64,000 nt of DNA from Bacteroidota bacterium (GTDB taxonomy: Bacteria > Bacteroidota > Bacteroidia > Bacteroidales > Dysgonomonadaceae). Numbering within the stretch: the first letter of the stretch is position 1; each line of letters starts with the position of its first letter. A model generated the notes under the pieces. The model ran no database searches and had not been told where the DNA came from. It saw only the letters and a list, made by a program, of their open reading frames with translations. The DNA lies in assembly GCA_023388315.1 (NCBI GenBank), contig JAEWGM010000044.1, forward strand, positions 46,117 through 110,116. The letters are read 5' to 3'. Of the stretch, positions 37,479-45,695 are shown piece by piece. The translations under genes were made by a program, and so were the position numbers.

Positions 37479-38453
37479 TCACAACAACCGAATGCTTTTA
37501 TGCGGCATTGGTTTTGGTTGAAATAAATCTATCGGAAACCGATAGCGAATACTTACTTCGTGGCTTCCGCCGCTTTCTTTCCCAATTCCCGAGGTATGCA
37601 AATCGTAGGCATACCCCACTTCAACATCTTCAATAACCGCTCCGGCGAAAAAGGAATATCCCCACTTACCGCGCCAAGACGCGCCCACCAAATATTTTTT
37701 GTTGTAAACAGCTCGAAGTGCCGCCTGCACTTGTATTTGCGAAAAGTTGGATGTTTGGGCAAAAAACATAGGCTGTATTTCAATTAACGGATGAAGCACG
37801 CGAATATTGTATCCTGCCATAAAATTATACGAGAGCGGAATGCGCGACAAAGTGGAGTCGGTATTTGCCGTAAAAACGGTGTCCCCAACCGAGTAATAAT
37901 CAGGCTGATTAAGGTGCATAGCGCCCATTCCGGCAAAAAAGTTTTTGGACGTCCAAGAGATGCCGGCGTTTATATCGATTGTTTTTGTGTCGGTGGGGTT
38001 AAACTTGATTGTTTTTTGGTTGTTTTTGGTGGAATCAGCCCATAACCGAAGTGAAGCGGCATCGAAGTTCAAGTCCAACATAGCTGCCTGAACTCCAATA
38101 TTGAACATTCCTTTTCCAGCCTTTATTTTAAGCGTATATTGTGCACCGAAAGCATTGTTTCTTTCATTACCGGTGATGTGTGAGTGTGTTACGAGGCCCA
38201 CGCCATGGCGCAAGCCCAAAAACTTCACGGGCATATCGGCACCAATGAAAACCCGATGTGGTGCGTTTGCCACTCCCGTCCATTCATATTTGTAAGCACC
38301 CGACGCTTGAATTTTATCGCTTTCGCCTGCAAACGAAGGGTTGTAGTAGGTTTTCACCATCCAAAATTGACTGAACGGAGCATCCCATTGTGCTTGCGCA
38401 TGCAAAACGCACAGCAACAGAACTGTTAAAAAAAGAATTCGCCGCTTTTCCAT
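37479..38453 (-). CDS. porP: PorP/SprF family type IX secretion system membrane protein
   Basis: AQAQWDAPFSQFWMVKTYYNPSFAGE N-terminus and a beta-barrel-like alternating pattern. Lies immediately upstream of gldK, as in other Bacteroidota. Confidence 0.85.
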   Translation of the reverse strand: MEKRRILFLTVLLLCVLHAQAQWDAPFSQFWMVKTYYNPSFAGESDKIQASGAYKYEWTGVANAPHRVFIGADMPVKFLGLRHGVGLVTHSHITGNERNNAFGAQYTLKIKAGKGMFNIGVQAAMLDLNFDAASLRLWADSTKNNQKTIKFNPTDTKTIDINAGISWTSKNFFAGMGAMHLNQPDYYSVGDTVFTANTDSTLSRIPLSYNFMAGYNIRVLHPLIEIQPMFFAQTSNFSQIQVQAALRAVYNKKYLVGASWRGKWGYSFFAGAVIEDVEVGYAYDLHTSGIGKESGGSHEVSIRYRFPIDLFQPKPMPHKSIRLL

Positions 38454-38580
38454 TGAAGATATAACGGAAAAACGGCGGGGAAATTGTGTGAAGAGGACGC
38501 TGAACCGTAAATTTATAGCAGAGTAGTCTGATCTAAAATCATCGAACTTGTCTCTGAAGCGGCAGATTATTCTTTAAGCT

Positions 38581-38661
38581 GGGCTTACAGCCCGCCGGCT
38601 GCCCGGTTCATTTTTAACCCAACGCGTTGCATTGGGCTTAATTATGTTGGGCTTTCAGCCC
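38581..38661 (-). repeat. triple GNRA-hairpin module
   Basis: Minus strand reads GGGCTGAAAGCCC .. CCCAATGCAACGCGTTGGG .. GGGCTGTAAGCCC. Confidence 0.7.
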
Positions 38662-38727
38662 GATTTATATAGCCAACTCTCCGGTTTTGTTAAAAAATGA
38701 ATGACACGCTTCTATTATCCTTAGGAA

Positions 38728-39813
38728 CTACAGTTTTTCCGCCTTCACCCGCATCACACTCAATGCTTTTAAAATAAACCTGGGTAATGGTTTTTCGGGG
38801 TTGCGGTTTTTTAGGTTAATGGCCAAGCCGAGTTTTTTCATAATCGGTACTTTGTGGGTTTCCACAAACTCGATGAGGGTGCCGTCGGGATCTTCAATGT
38901 AGGCGAATTGCCCGGCAGCATCGCCCATATCAAACGAATTGCCTTCCTTGAAGTTTTGCGTGGTGTCCACCGTGAACGGATGTCCTTTTTCAGCGCAATA
39001 TTTTCCCAATGCTTCCATCCCGCGGATATCGAAACACACCTGAATAAAGCCGGGATCTCCCCAAAAGCGGCCTTCGTAAAGTTTGCGCGGTGTGCGTTCC
39101 AGCGTTTGCACGAGTTCGATGTACGATGGGCCAAACAATTCGCTGAAAGCGCCTTTTCTCATTATGGAGTGGGTGAGCAACCGACGGCGGAATTGTTGGT
39201 TGCCTGAAGGAAGTCCTTCAAAATCGCCAAAAGTGCCGGTTTCATCGGCGATTATTTTATCGTAACCCAAAATGTCGCCGTACACGGTCATCGCTTTTTC
39301 TATATCGGTAACGCCGATGGTTACACCCGCCACGCCGCCGGTCAGTCGGCCTTCGTCTTTGAAAATATAATCGTCGTGAACAATTTGAAACAGGTTCCCG
39401 TAAGGGTCTTTCACATAAAAAGTTTTTTTGCCGTCTAAATTGTTACTCAATGGGGTAACCACGTTTATTTTCGGGTTGTTGGAAAATTCTTCAAACGTTT
39501 TTGCCACATCGCGGCTTTTTATTTTGCATACCAGCACGCCCAAATCACCCAAATTCAGTTCAAAATCCAGCTTCTTTGGTTTTCGTTCGGCGTACTGCCA
39601 CACCTCAAAGCCGCCGCCGCCTTGCATATTGACGGCAATGCAGGCGTGTCGTCTCTGTGGCTGGCCGCCGGTGTAAGGCAGCATGAGTTCCGCCACTTTG
39701 TTGTCTTCCAAAATGCGGATGTCCATATTGAATACTTCGATGTAGTATTTCCACGCTTCGTAGAGGTTTTCTACACCAATGCCCACTTGCTGAATGCCGG
39801 AGATTATGTACAT
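38728..39813 (-). CDS. VOC (glyoxalase/bleomycin-resistance/dioxygenase) family protein, multi-domain
   Basis: 361 aa. IQQVGIGVENLYEAWKYY and repeated beta-alpha-beta-beta-beta modules (GVAGVTIGVTDIEKAMTVY). Confidence 0.7.
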   Translation of the reverse strand: MYIISGIQQVGIGVENLYEAWKYYIEVFNMDIRILEDNKVAELMLPYTGGQPQRRHACIAVNMQGGGGFEVWQYAERKPKKLDFELNLGDLGVLVCKIKSRDVAKTFEEFSNNPKINVVTPLSNNLDGKKTFYVKDPYGNLFQIVHDDYIFKDEGRLTGGVAGVTIGVTDIEKAMTVYGDILGYDKIIADETGTFGDFEGLPSGNQQFRRRLLTHSIMRKGAFSELFGPSYIELVQTLERTPRKLYEGRFWGDPGFIQVCFDIRGMEALGKYCAEKGHPFTVDTTQNFKEGNSFDMGDAAGQFAYIEDPDGTLIEFVETHKVPIMKKLGLAINLKNRNPEKPLPRFILKALSVMRVKAEKL

Positions 39814-39816
39814 AGT

Positions 39817-39853
39817 AGTTAGTTTTGAGTTTTGAGTTTTGAGTTTTGTTGAG
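39817..39853. repeat. heptanucleotide tract (GAGTTTT x4), left arm flanking the four-helix-bundle gene
   Basis: TAGTTTT GAGTTTT GAGTTTT GAGTTTT GTTGAG. Imperfect reverse complement of 40331..40367. Confidence 0.8.
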
Positions 39854-39856
39854 ATT

Positions 39857-40240
39857 TCATTCTTTTACACCAAATTTCCCAGGATTGTTATACATGTATT
39901 TTAACAACTTTGTTATTTCCTCGTTTAAAGAAATAGCTTCGATATACTTTTCTTCTGTTATGTAATTGTGATGTTTAGCAAAATCCAACCAAACTAATGT
40001 TTCGCTATTTTCACCCATACAATCTGTTATTTTAAGACGAAAATGTTTTATATAATCTCTCTTTCTATAAGCTTCAGCCAAATTGCCGCACACCGATCTT
40101 GCCGCTCTTCTTATTTGATCCGTTAGGGAGTATTGCTCTTCTCTTGGAAAACACAGGCTGAAATCATATACTTTACAGCCTTGCTCAAAAGCTTTCTTGT
40201 AAACTATTAAATCTCTAAAATCATTGAATTTTTTGTCCAT
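39857..40240 (-). CDS. four-helix-bundle protein (23S rRNA intervening-sequence protein family)
   Basis: 127 aa. FRDLIVYKKAFE .. QIRRAARSVCGNLAEAYRKR is the signature of this family. Confidence 0.85.
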   Translation of the reverse strand: MDKKFNDFRDLIVYKKAFEQGCKVYDFSLCFPREEQYSLTDQIRRAARSVCGNLAEAYRKRDYIKHFRLKITDCMGENSETLVWLDFAKHHNYITEEKYIEAISLNEEITKLLKYMYNNPGKFGVKE

Positions 40241-40330
40241 ATATATTTAGTTCTGATTTTTGAAAAAGTATAGAGTGTTAAATTTGAGTTGTTTATGATA
40301 TTTCTGCGTTCAAATTTTTAATTCTTACAC

Positions 40331-40367
40331 CTCCAAACTCGAAACTCGAAACTCAGAACTCCAAACT
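40331..40367. repeat. heptanucleotide tract (NAAACTC x5), right arm flanking the four-helix-bundle gene
   Basis: CCAAACT CGAAACT CGAAACT CAGAACT CCAAACT. Abuts the SDR stop codon. Confidence 0.8.
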
Positions 40368-40372
40368 ATTCC

Positions 40373-41173
40373 TCATGTCGGTTTTATCTTTCTCACCATT
40401 CTCCTTGCCAACCCCGGTAAAAACCGTTTGATATGGACCATCAACAGTTCTTTTCCGCCAACTAGGACTTCCGGTTTTTGTTGATTGATGGCTTTTACTA
40501 TTTTTCTTGCCGCTTTTGCCGAAGAAATGCCGCCTGCTTGTCCGTCGTCCATTTTGGCGTGTTTGGTTCCATCGGCTTCCAGTGCGTTGAAAGAAATGTT
40601 CGTTTTCACACGCCCCGGACAAACCATTACCACACGGATGTTTTCGTCGTAATATTCTGCTTGAACGGTTTCAAAAAATCCGTATAAAGCAAATTTCGAT
40701 GAGGCATAAGCAGAGCGTAACGGGAAACCGAATTTGCCTGAAATACTGGTGGTTACCGCAATGGTTCCGCCACCGCTTTCAATCATTTTCGGAAGTAAAC
40801 GTTTGGTGATTTTTACGGGCGCGAAGAAATTCACATCCATAATTTTTTTATCCACCAAGAAATGGGTTTCCATTGTTTTGGAACGCTGGCTGATGCCCGC
40901 GTTGTGAAACATCACATCGATGCGCCCGAAAATGGAAGTGGCCTTGTCGGTAATGGCGTCCAAGCCTTCTATATCAGACAAGTCGCACGGTAAAATCTCG
41001 CATTCTGCCCCCAACTCTATGCATTTCTGCTGCACTTTTTTCAGTTGCTCTTCTCGTGTGGCCGTTAAAATTAGCCTTGCCCCTTCCGTGGCAAATAAAT
41101 ACGAGCACGCTTCACCGATACCCGATGAAGCGCCCGTTATCCATATTACTTTGCCTTTGTTTTCTTTGCTCAT
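40373..41173 (-). CDS. classical SDR family oxidoreductase (candidate dehydrocapnine reductase, CapC-like)
   Basis: TGASSGIG cofactor motif and YASSK catalytic motif. Third gene of the AOS / thrC-like / SDR trio. Confidence 0.8.
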   Translation of the reverse strand: MSKENKGKVIWITGASSGIGEACSYLFATEGARLILTATREEQLKKVQQKCIELGAECEILPCDLSDIEGLDAITDKATSIFGRIDVMFHNAGISQRSKTMETHFLVDKKIMDVNFFAPVKITKRLLPKMIESGGGTIAVTTSISGKFGFPLRSAYASSKFALYGFFETVQAEYYDENIRVVMVCPGRVKTNISFNALEADGTKHAKMDDGQAGGISSAKAARKIVKAINQQKPEVLVGGKELLMVHIKRFLPGLARRMVRKIKPT

Positions 41174-41206
41174 GTTATTTTGGCTTGCAAAAGCCTTTTT
41201 AACCGC

Positions 41207-42535
41207 TTACGGCGCCAAAAGTTCTTCCCATAATTGGTCGCGAAAGACGTTCATTTCGTGTGGAGAACATTCTTCCACATTGTTTACGTTGCGTGTGGTG
41301 TAAATCATTTGTTCCAAATAAAGTGGCGCGCGGTTGGTGCCTTCGCCAATGTTGAGCAACACGGTTTCGCCATCTTTGATAAGGTTTTTCTTTAACGCCA
41401 CAAAAAATCCCGCGATACAGACGGCCGATGCCGGCCCCGGAATAACTTTCTGCTCATAGGCCACCAGCTTGCCAATAGCGGCGAGTTTTTTTTCTTGCAT
41501 GCGCAGGAAAGTTCCGTTGGATGCTTTTACCAATTTTGCCAAAATAGGGTAGGTGGCTGGGTTGCCTGTAGCCAGAGTGGGTACATCGGTTCGCGGGTTG
41601 TCTATGATGGGATAATCTTTCTCGTAACCTTCGGGAAATCCTGCCGCTTCGGCTTTTTCCCACGCTTGTACCATGGGGTCGCAGCCGTCGGTTTGCACCA
41701 GCAGAAAACGGGGATTCGTGGCTTCGGGATACACGTGTTTAATTTCGCGTATGCCTTTGTCGATAGCAATGGGGCCCGTACCACCGCTCACTGCCTGGAT
41801 GTACACATCGGGGAACTTCTCCATTTGGCGCAGCCACTCAAAAACCATTGTTTTTTTGGCTTCCACCCGAATGGGGTCTATGTTTCCTGTGGACATAGGA
41901 ATGTGATGAATTTTGGCGTATCCGGCAGCAATTTCTTTGGCTTTTGCGTAATCGCCCATCACCCGAAAAACCTGTTGCCCGTATGAACTGATGGTGGCTT
42001 CCGAAGCACGCATCGCGTCAGAGGGCATAAAAACAGAACAGTTTACATCGGCCATTGAAAGGTACTTGGCATATGCCGTTGCGGAGTTTCCGGTGGAGGC
42101 GATGCAATATTGTTTGATGCCTATCTCGTTGAAGATGCTTGCCGCCAACGAGGCCGCAATGTCTTTGAAGGTGCCGGTACCGCCGTTCAAATCATTCCGA
42201 CACACCCGCACTTCGATATCTAAATTGAAATGCTTTTTGGCGAATTCTTCCAAAAAAGGCCATCTTTCAATGGGAATGGCGCCTTCGCCTTTGGAAATGA
42301 TGTGTCTGCGGCGCAAAAGCGGCAAAAACGGAAAATAGCGCCAAAAACTATTGGGCGAGCCTTTGGCCATTCTGTGCAACCGTTGATACCTTCTGTTGTA
42401 CCACACTTCGGAATGTTTGCTTCCGCACTTGGGGCATTGCTGATTTTGCTCAAACCACGTCCAAAAATTGGGCGTAATTGTCCCGCATACGGTGCATTGT
42501 AGGTGGTACTTTTTTTGTATTTTTATTCGTAACAT
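41207..42535 (-). CDS. threonine-synthase-fold PLP enzyme with N-terminal zinc ribbon (candidate cysteate synthase, CapA-like)
   Basis: CTVCG..CPKCG ribbon, GTGTFKD PLP-lysine motif, STGNSA and AVSGGTGP motifs of the fold-type II TS family. The functional call rests on gene context. Confidence 0.7.
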   Translation of the reverse strand: MLRIKIQKKYHLQCTVCGTITPNFWTWFEQNQQCPKCGSKHSEVWYNRRYQRLHRMAKGSPNSFWRYFPFLPLLRRRHIISKGEGAIPIERWPFLEEFAKKHFNLDIEVRVCRNDLNGGTGTFKDIAASLAASIFNEIGIKQYCIASTGNSATAYAKYLSMADVNCSVFMPSDAMRASEATISSYGQQVFRVMGDYAKAKEIAAGYAKIHHIPMSTGNIDPIRVEAKKTMVFEWLRQMEKFPDVYIQAVSGGTGPIAIDKGIREIKHVYPEATNPRFLLVQTDGCDPMVQAWEKAEAAGFPEGYEKDYPIIDNPRTDVPTLATGNPATYPILAKLVKASNGTFLRMQEKKLAAIGKLVAYEQKVIPGPASAVCIAGFFVALKKNLIKDGETVLLNIGEGTNRAPLYLEQMIYTTRNVNNVEECSPHEMNVFRDQLWEELLAP

Positions 42536-42552
42536 TCTGTGGATGTTGGTGT

Positions 42553-43815
42553 TTATTTTGTTGCCATGGAACGCATTTCGTCCGACATATATTTTCCGGC
42601 TTCGAGGTTGACTTTGATTTTTTTGAAAACCTCAATGGTCTCTTTCACGTCTTCCATGGTGTGCGCTGCCGTGGGAATAAGACGGAGCATCAACACATCT
42701 TTGGGAACCACGGGATATACCACGATGGAACAGAATACGTTGTGGTTTTCGCGCAAATCAATCACAATATTTGTTCCTTCGGGAACCGAGCCGCTGAAAT
42801 AAACAGGAGTAACGGGAGACTCGGTTTTGCCGATATTAAAGCCTTCGGCTACCAAACCGTCTTGCAACGCTTTGGCAACTTTCCAGAGGTTTTCTTTGTG
42901 TTGGGGCTGATTTTGTAGTAAATCCAACCGTTTAAGCGAACCGATAACCATGGGCATGGGCAACGATTTGGCAAAAATTTGCGAACGCATATTGTATTTC
43001 AACGAGTCGATAATGGCTTTTTCCGATGCCACAAACGCGCCAATGCCCGCCATAGCTTTGGCAAAGGTGCCGAAATAGATGTCCACTTCGTCCATCAGCC
43101 CAAAATGCTCGCTTGCGCCGGCGCCGGTTTCGCCCATTGTGCCAAAGCCGTGTGCATCGTCAATTAGCAGGCGGAAGTTGTATTTCTCTTTCAGCGCCAC
43201 AAGGCCGGGAATGTTGCCTAAATCGCCCGACATGCCGAAAACACCTTCGGTGATGACCAGTATTCCACCATTGTTGGCTTTGGCATTTTTGGTGGCGAAT
43301 TTCAACATTTTTTCGGCACGTTCCATGTCGTTGTGGGGGAAAACGAAACTTTTTCCGCCTTTGGCTTTGTGCAGGAAAATGCCGTCCATAATGCAAGCGT
43401 GCGACTCGGAGTCGTACACAATCACATCGTTGCGGGTACACAGCGAATCAATAATGGATACCATTCCCTGATAACCGTAATTGAGAAGGTAGGCGGCTTC
43501 TTTTTTCTCGAATTTTGCCAGCCGATCTTCCAATTCACGGTGGTATTTTGTTTGTCCCGACATCATGCGTGCGCCCATCGGATAAGCCAGTCCCCATTGG
43601 GCGGCGGCATCGGCATCGGCTTTGCGCACTTCGGGGTGGTTGGCCAGCCCCAAATAATTGTTTAAACTCCAAGTGAGTACTTCGCGGCCCAGAAATTTCA
43701 TTCTTGGCGCGATTTCTCCTTCCAACTCGGGAAATGTAAAATATCCTTCCGCTTTTTTTCTGTATTGTTCCAGCGGCCCTTCCACGCTTTTCAGCCTGTC
43801 AAAAATGTCTTGCAT
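42553..43815 (-). CDS. alpha-oxoamine synthase family PLP enzyme (candidate cysteate-C-fatty acyltransferase, CapB/SulA-like; serine palmitoyltransferase relative)
   Basis: 420 aa. LNNYLGLANHPEV, DDAHGFG, and FGTFAKA (with the PLP lysine) are typical of KBL/BioF/SPT enzymes. Confidence 0.75.
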   Translation of the reverse strand: MQDIFDRLKSVEGPLEQYRKKAEGYFTFPELEGEIAPRMKFLGREVLTWSLNNYLGLANHPEVRKADADAAAQWGLAYPMGARMMSGQTKYHRELEDRLAKFEKKEAAYLLNYGYQGMVSIIDSLCTRNDVIVYDSESHACIMDGIFLHKAKGGKSFVFPHNDMERAEKMLKFATKNAKANNGGILVITEGVFGMSGDLGNIPGLVALKEKYNFRLLIDDAHGFGTMGETGAGASEHFGLMDEVDIYFGTFAKAMAGIGAFVASEKAIIDSLKYNMRSQIFAKSLPMPMVIGSLKRLDLLQNQPQHKENLWKVAKALQDGLVAEGFNIGKTESPVTPVYFSGSVPEGTNIVIDLRENHNVFCSIVVYPVVPKDVLMLRLIPTAAHTMEDVKETIEVFKKIKVNLEAGKYMSDEMRSMATK

Positions 43816-43897
43816 ATGTTAATGGATTGTTTATAAGTTTTTTATTGTTGATTGACTTTTTGATTCTATAATTATCTGCAAAGCGTCAGGTATTTTC

Positions 43898-43993
43898 TAT
43901 TAACTCCGCCTTTCAAGGTGGATAATATGCTCCTTTACCCGGACTTTAGTCCTGAAAAATCATGGCTAAGCCTTTTTGTAGGACTTATTTGAA
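43898..43993 (+). repeat. ~100-bp hairpin repeat, family 2, copy 2
   Basis: TATTAACTCCGCCTTTCAAGGTGGA..CGGACTTTAGTCCTGAAAAATCATGGCTAAGCC aligns with 15943..16045. Confidence 0.8.
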
Positions 43994-43997
43994 CGGT

Positions 43998-44160
43998 GCT
44001 GTCTCAAAAGCATTGATGTCCTTCCGTTTTGTCATTTTGATCCGCCAGCTGGCGGAGAAAAATCTAATTTGTCATAAATTATAGATACTTCATTCCGCAA
44101 AAGCTTCATTCAGTATGACAATTTGATAGTAGATTTTACTTTTGATACAACTCCTTATTA
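43998..44160 (-). mobile_element. MITE-like element, copy 3
   Basis: TIRs GCTGTCTCAAAAG / CTTTTGATACAAC. Reverse complement aligns with 11231..11388 along its full length. Confidence 0.75.
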
Positions 44161-44597
44161 GAACGCTTTATGGATAATCAACTTTGATTTTCTTTACAAA
44201 AATAATGTTTCTTTCTGTAATTGAGAAATTTCGGGGGTGGTTTCGTTGTTGGGTTTTAGGGGGAATGATATAGACGGAAGTTGTTCATTAAGCATCTGAC
44301 GGCTTCAAGCCCGTCTGTTGCGTGTTTTCAAGATATTTTTTAATCCGTCAGACCAGTAATCGGTCAGTTGGCTTCCGAATCTATGCGAATTTGTTCAACC
44401 CCTCCGGGGCTGGGTGTGTTGGGTTACTTTACCCCGCACTTGCGTACGGGGTTAATATAGTTGAGCCGCTTTGCGGCAGTTTTGGTAAAGAGGAACGTTC
44501 ATTGCTTCAAGATATTGTCAAGGGCCTTTGGTGTTTTAGATTTTGTGCCTTGATGTCTTTTTTGGCACGAAGGCACAAGAGCAGGAAGTTTCAAAAC

Positions 44598-44634
44598 AAA
44601 AAACCGCCCCATTTTTCCAATTCGGGCGGTTTTA
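44598..44634 (-). terminator. intrinsic terminator after the psd-pssA-DUF4834 operon
   Basis: Minus strand reads AAAACCGCCCGAATTGGAAAAATGGGGCGGTTTTTTTGTTTTG. Confidence 0.75.
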
Positions 44635-44654
44635 CAAACAACGGTGTATGCCGT

Positions 44655-44903
44655 TTATTCTTTTTGTTTAATTTCTTCAAATTCTACATCTACGGCATCG
44701 GCAGATTCGAAACTTTTTCTTTGGTAATCAAGAATTCTTTCTTCCTGCGTTTCGGGTTCTTTTTGGGCTTCGTGCGCTTGTCCGTAAGGCCATGAAGAGG
44801 TGCGACGGTTAAATCCGCGGGCGTTCATTAACCATCTCGAAACTGCTTTTAACAGAAAGTAAATGGCCATGAACAGTAAGATAAATTTTACTAAGAATCC
44901 CAT
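44655..44903 (-). CDS. DUF4834 family small membrane protein
   Basis: 82 aa. N-terminal TM FILLFMAIYFLLKAV and an acidic tail ..DVEFEEIK. Usual position downstream of pssA in Bacteroidota. Confidence 0.7.
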   Translation of the reverse strand: MGFLVKFILLFMAIYFLLKAVSRWLMNARGFNRRTSSWPYGQAHEAQKEPETQEERILDYQRKSFESADAVDVEFEEIKQKE

Positions 44904-44961
44904 AGTGACTATTTATTTGATGCAAATAGTAAAGATACAACGATTGATTGAATGGCGTTAA

Positions 44962-45687
44962 TTATTTTGTAACATTTAACGATTTTTCGTGTTCATTTTT
45001 TCGGGTAAATATCGATACCACAATATATGCCAGCACGCCCCAGGCAATGCCCAATACACCCCAAATAACGATAAACGCTATGGTGAGAACGGTTACGAGC
45101 GCCTGCCGGCCGGTTTCTTTAAAGCTGAAACGCTTTACTTTGAGTGAAAACATCGGGATTTCTGAAACCATCAATAAAGATAAAACAAATATAAACCCGA
45201 TGGTGAAATAAAAAACAACTTGGTTGGTTTGCGAAATGCCGTAAACGCCAAATACATAGCTCACCCAAAACAGGCCGTTGGCGGGTGTAGGCAACCCCAG
45301 AAAAGAGGTGGTTTGTCGGTCGTCGATATTGAATTTGGCCAGCCGGAGCGCCGAAAATGCCGGAATGAGATATGCCAAATAGGGGATGAGTACTCTTGCC
45401 GCATCGGCATAAAACGGGAATGCAGCAAAGTCGCGCAGCAACACAAACACAGCCGATGCCGGCGCAACACCAAAGCTTACCACATCGGCCAAGGAGTCCA
45501 ATTCTTTGCCAATGTCGGATGGCGCATTGAGAATTCGAGCCGCAAAACCATCCAAGAAATCAAACAGCGCCGCGGCTATTACAAACATGGTTGTTAACCC
45601 GAAATGGCCTTGAAATGCCATCACAATGGCGATGCAACCCGAAAAAAGATTCGCCAACGTGAGTATGTTAGGAATGTGTTTACGCAT
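44962..45687 (-). CDS. pssA: CDP-diacylglycerol--serine O-phosphatidyltransferase
   Basis: CDP-alcohol phosphatidyltransferase motif DFLDGFAAR..GKELDSLAD. Multi-TM protein. Confidence 0.9.
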   Translation of the reverse strand: MRKHIPNILTLANLFSGCIAIVMAFQGHFGLTTMFVIAAALFDFLDGFAARILNAPSDIGKELDSLADVVSFGVAPASAVFVLLRDFAAFPFYADAARVLIPYLAYLIPAFSALRLAKFNIDDRQTTSFLGLPTPANGLFWVSYVFGVYGISQTNQVVFYFTIGFIFVLSLLMVSEIPMFSLKVKRFSFKETGRQALVTVLTIAFIVIWGVLGIAWGVLAYIVVSIFTRKNEHEKSLNVTK

Positions 45688-45695
45688 TGTTCCAA

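Noticed and set aside
41207-42535. Plain threonine synthase (thrC) annotation
   Set aside because: It is not rejected outright, but it was judged less likely than cysteate synthase because the gene is sandwiched between an SPT-like acyltransferase and an SDR, with no thrA/thrB nearby. It needs phylogenetic confirmation.
44322-44795. 157-aa plus-strand ORF in the repeat-rich gap
   Set aside because: It is built from hairpin repeats, overlaps the terminator and the DUF4834 gene antisense, and has no plausible start context.
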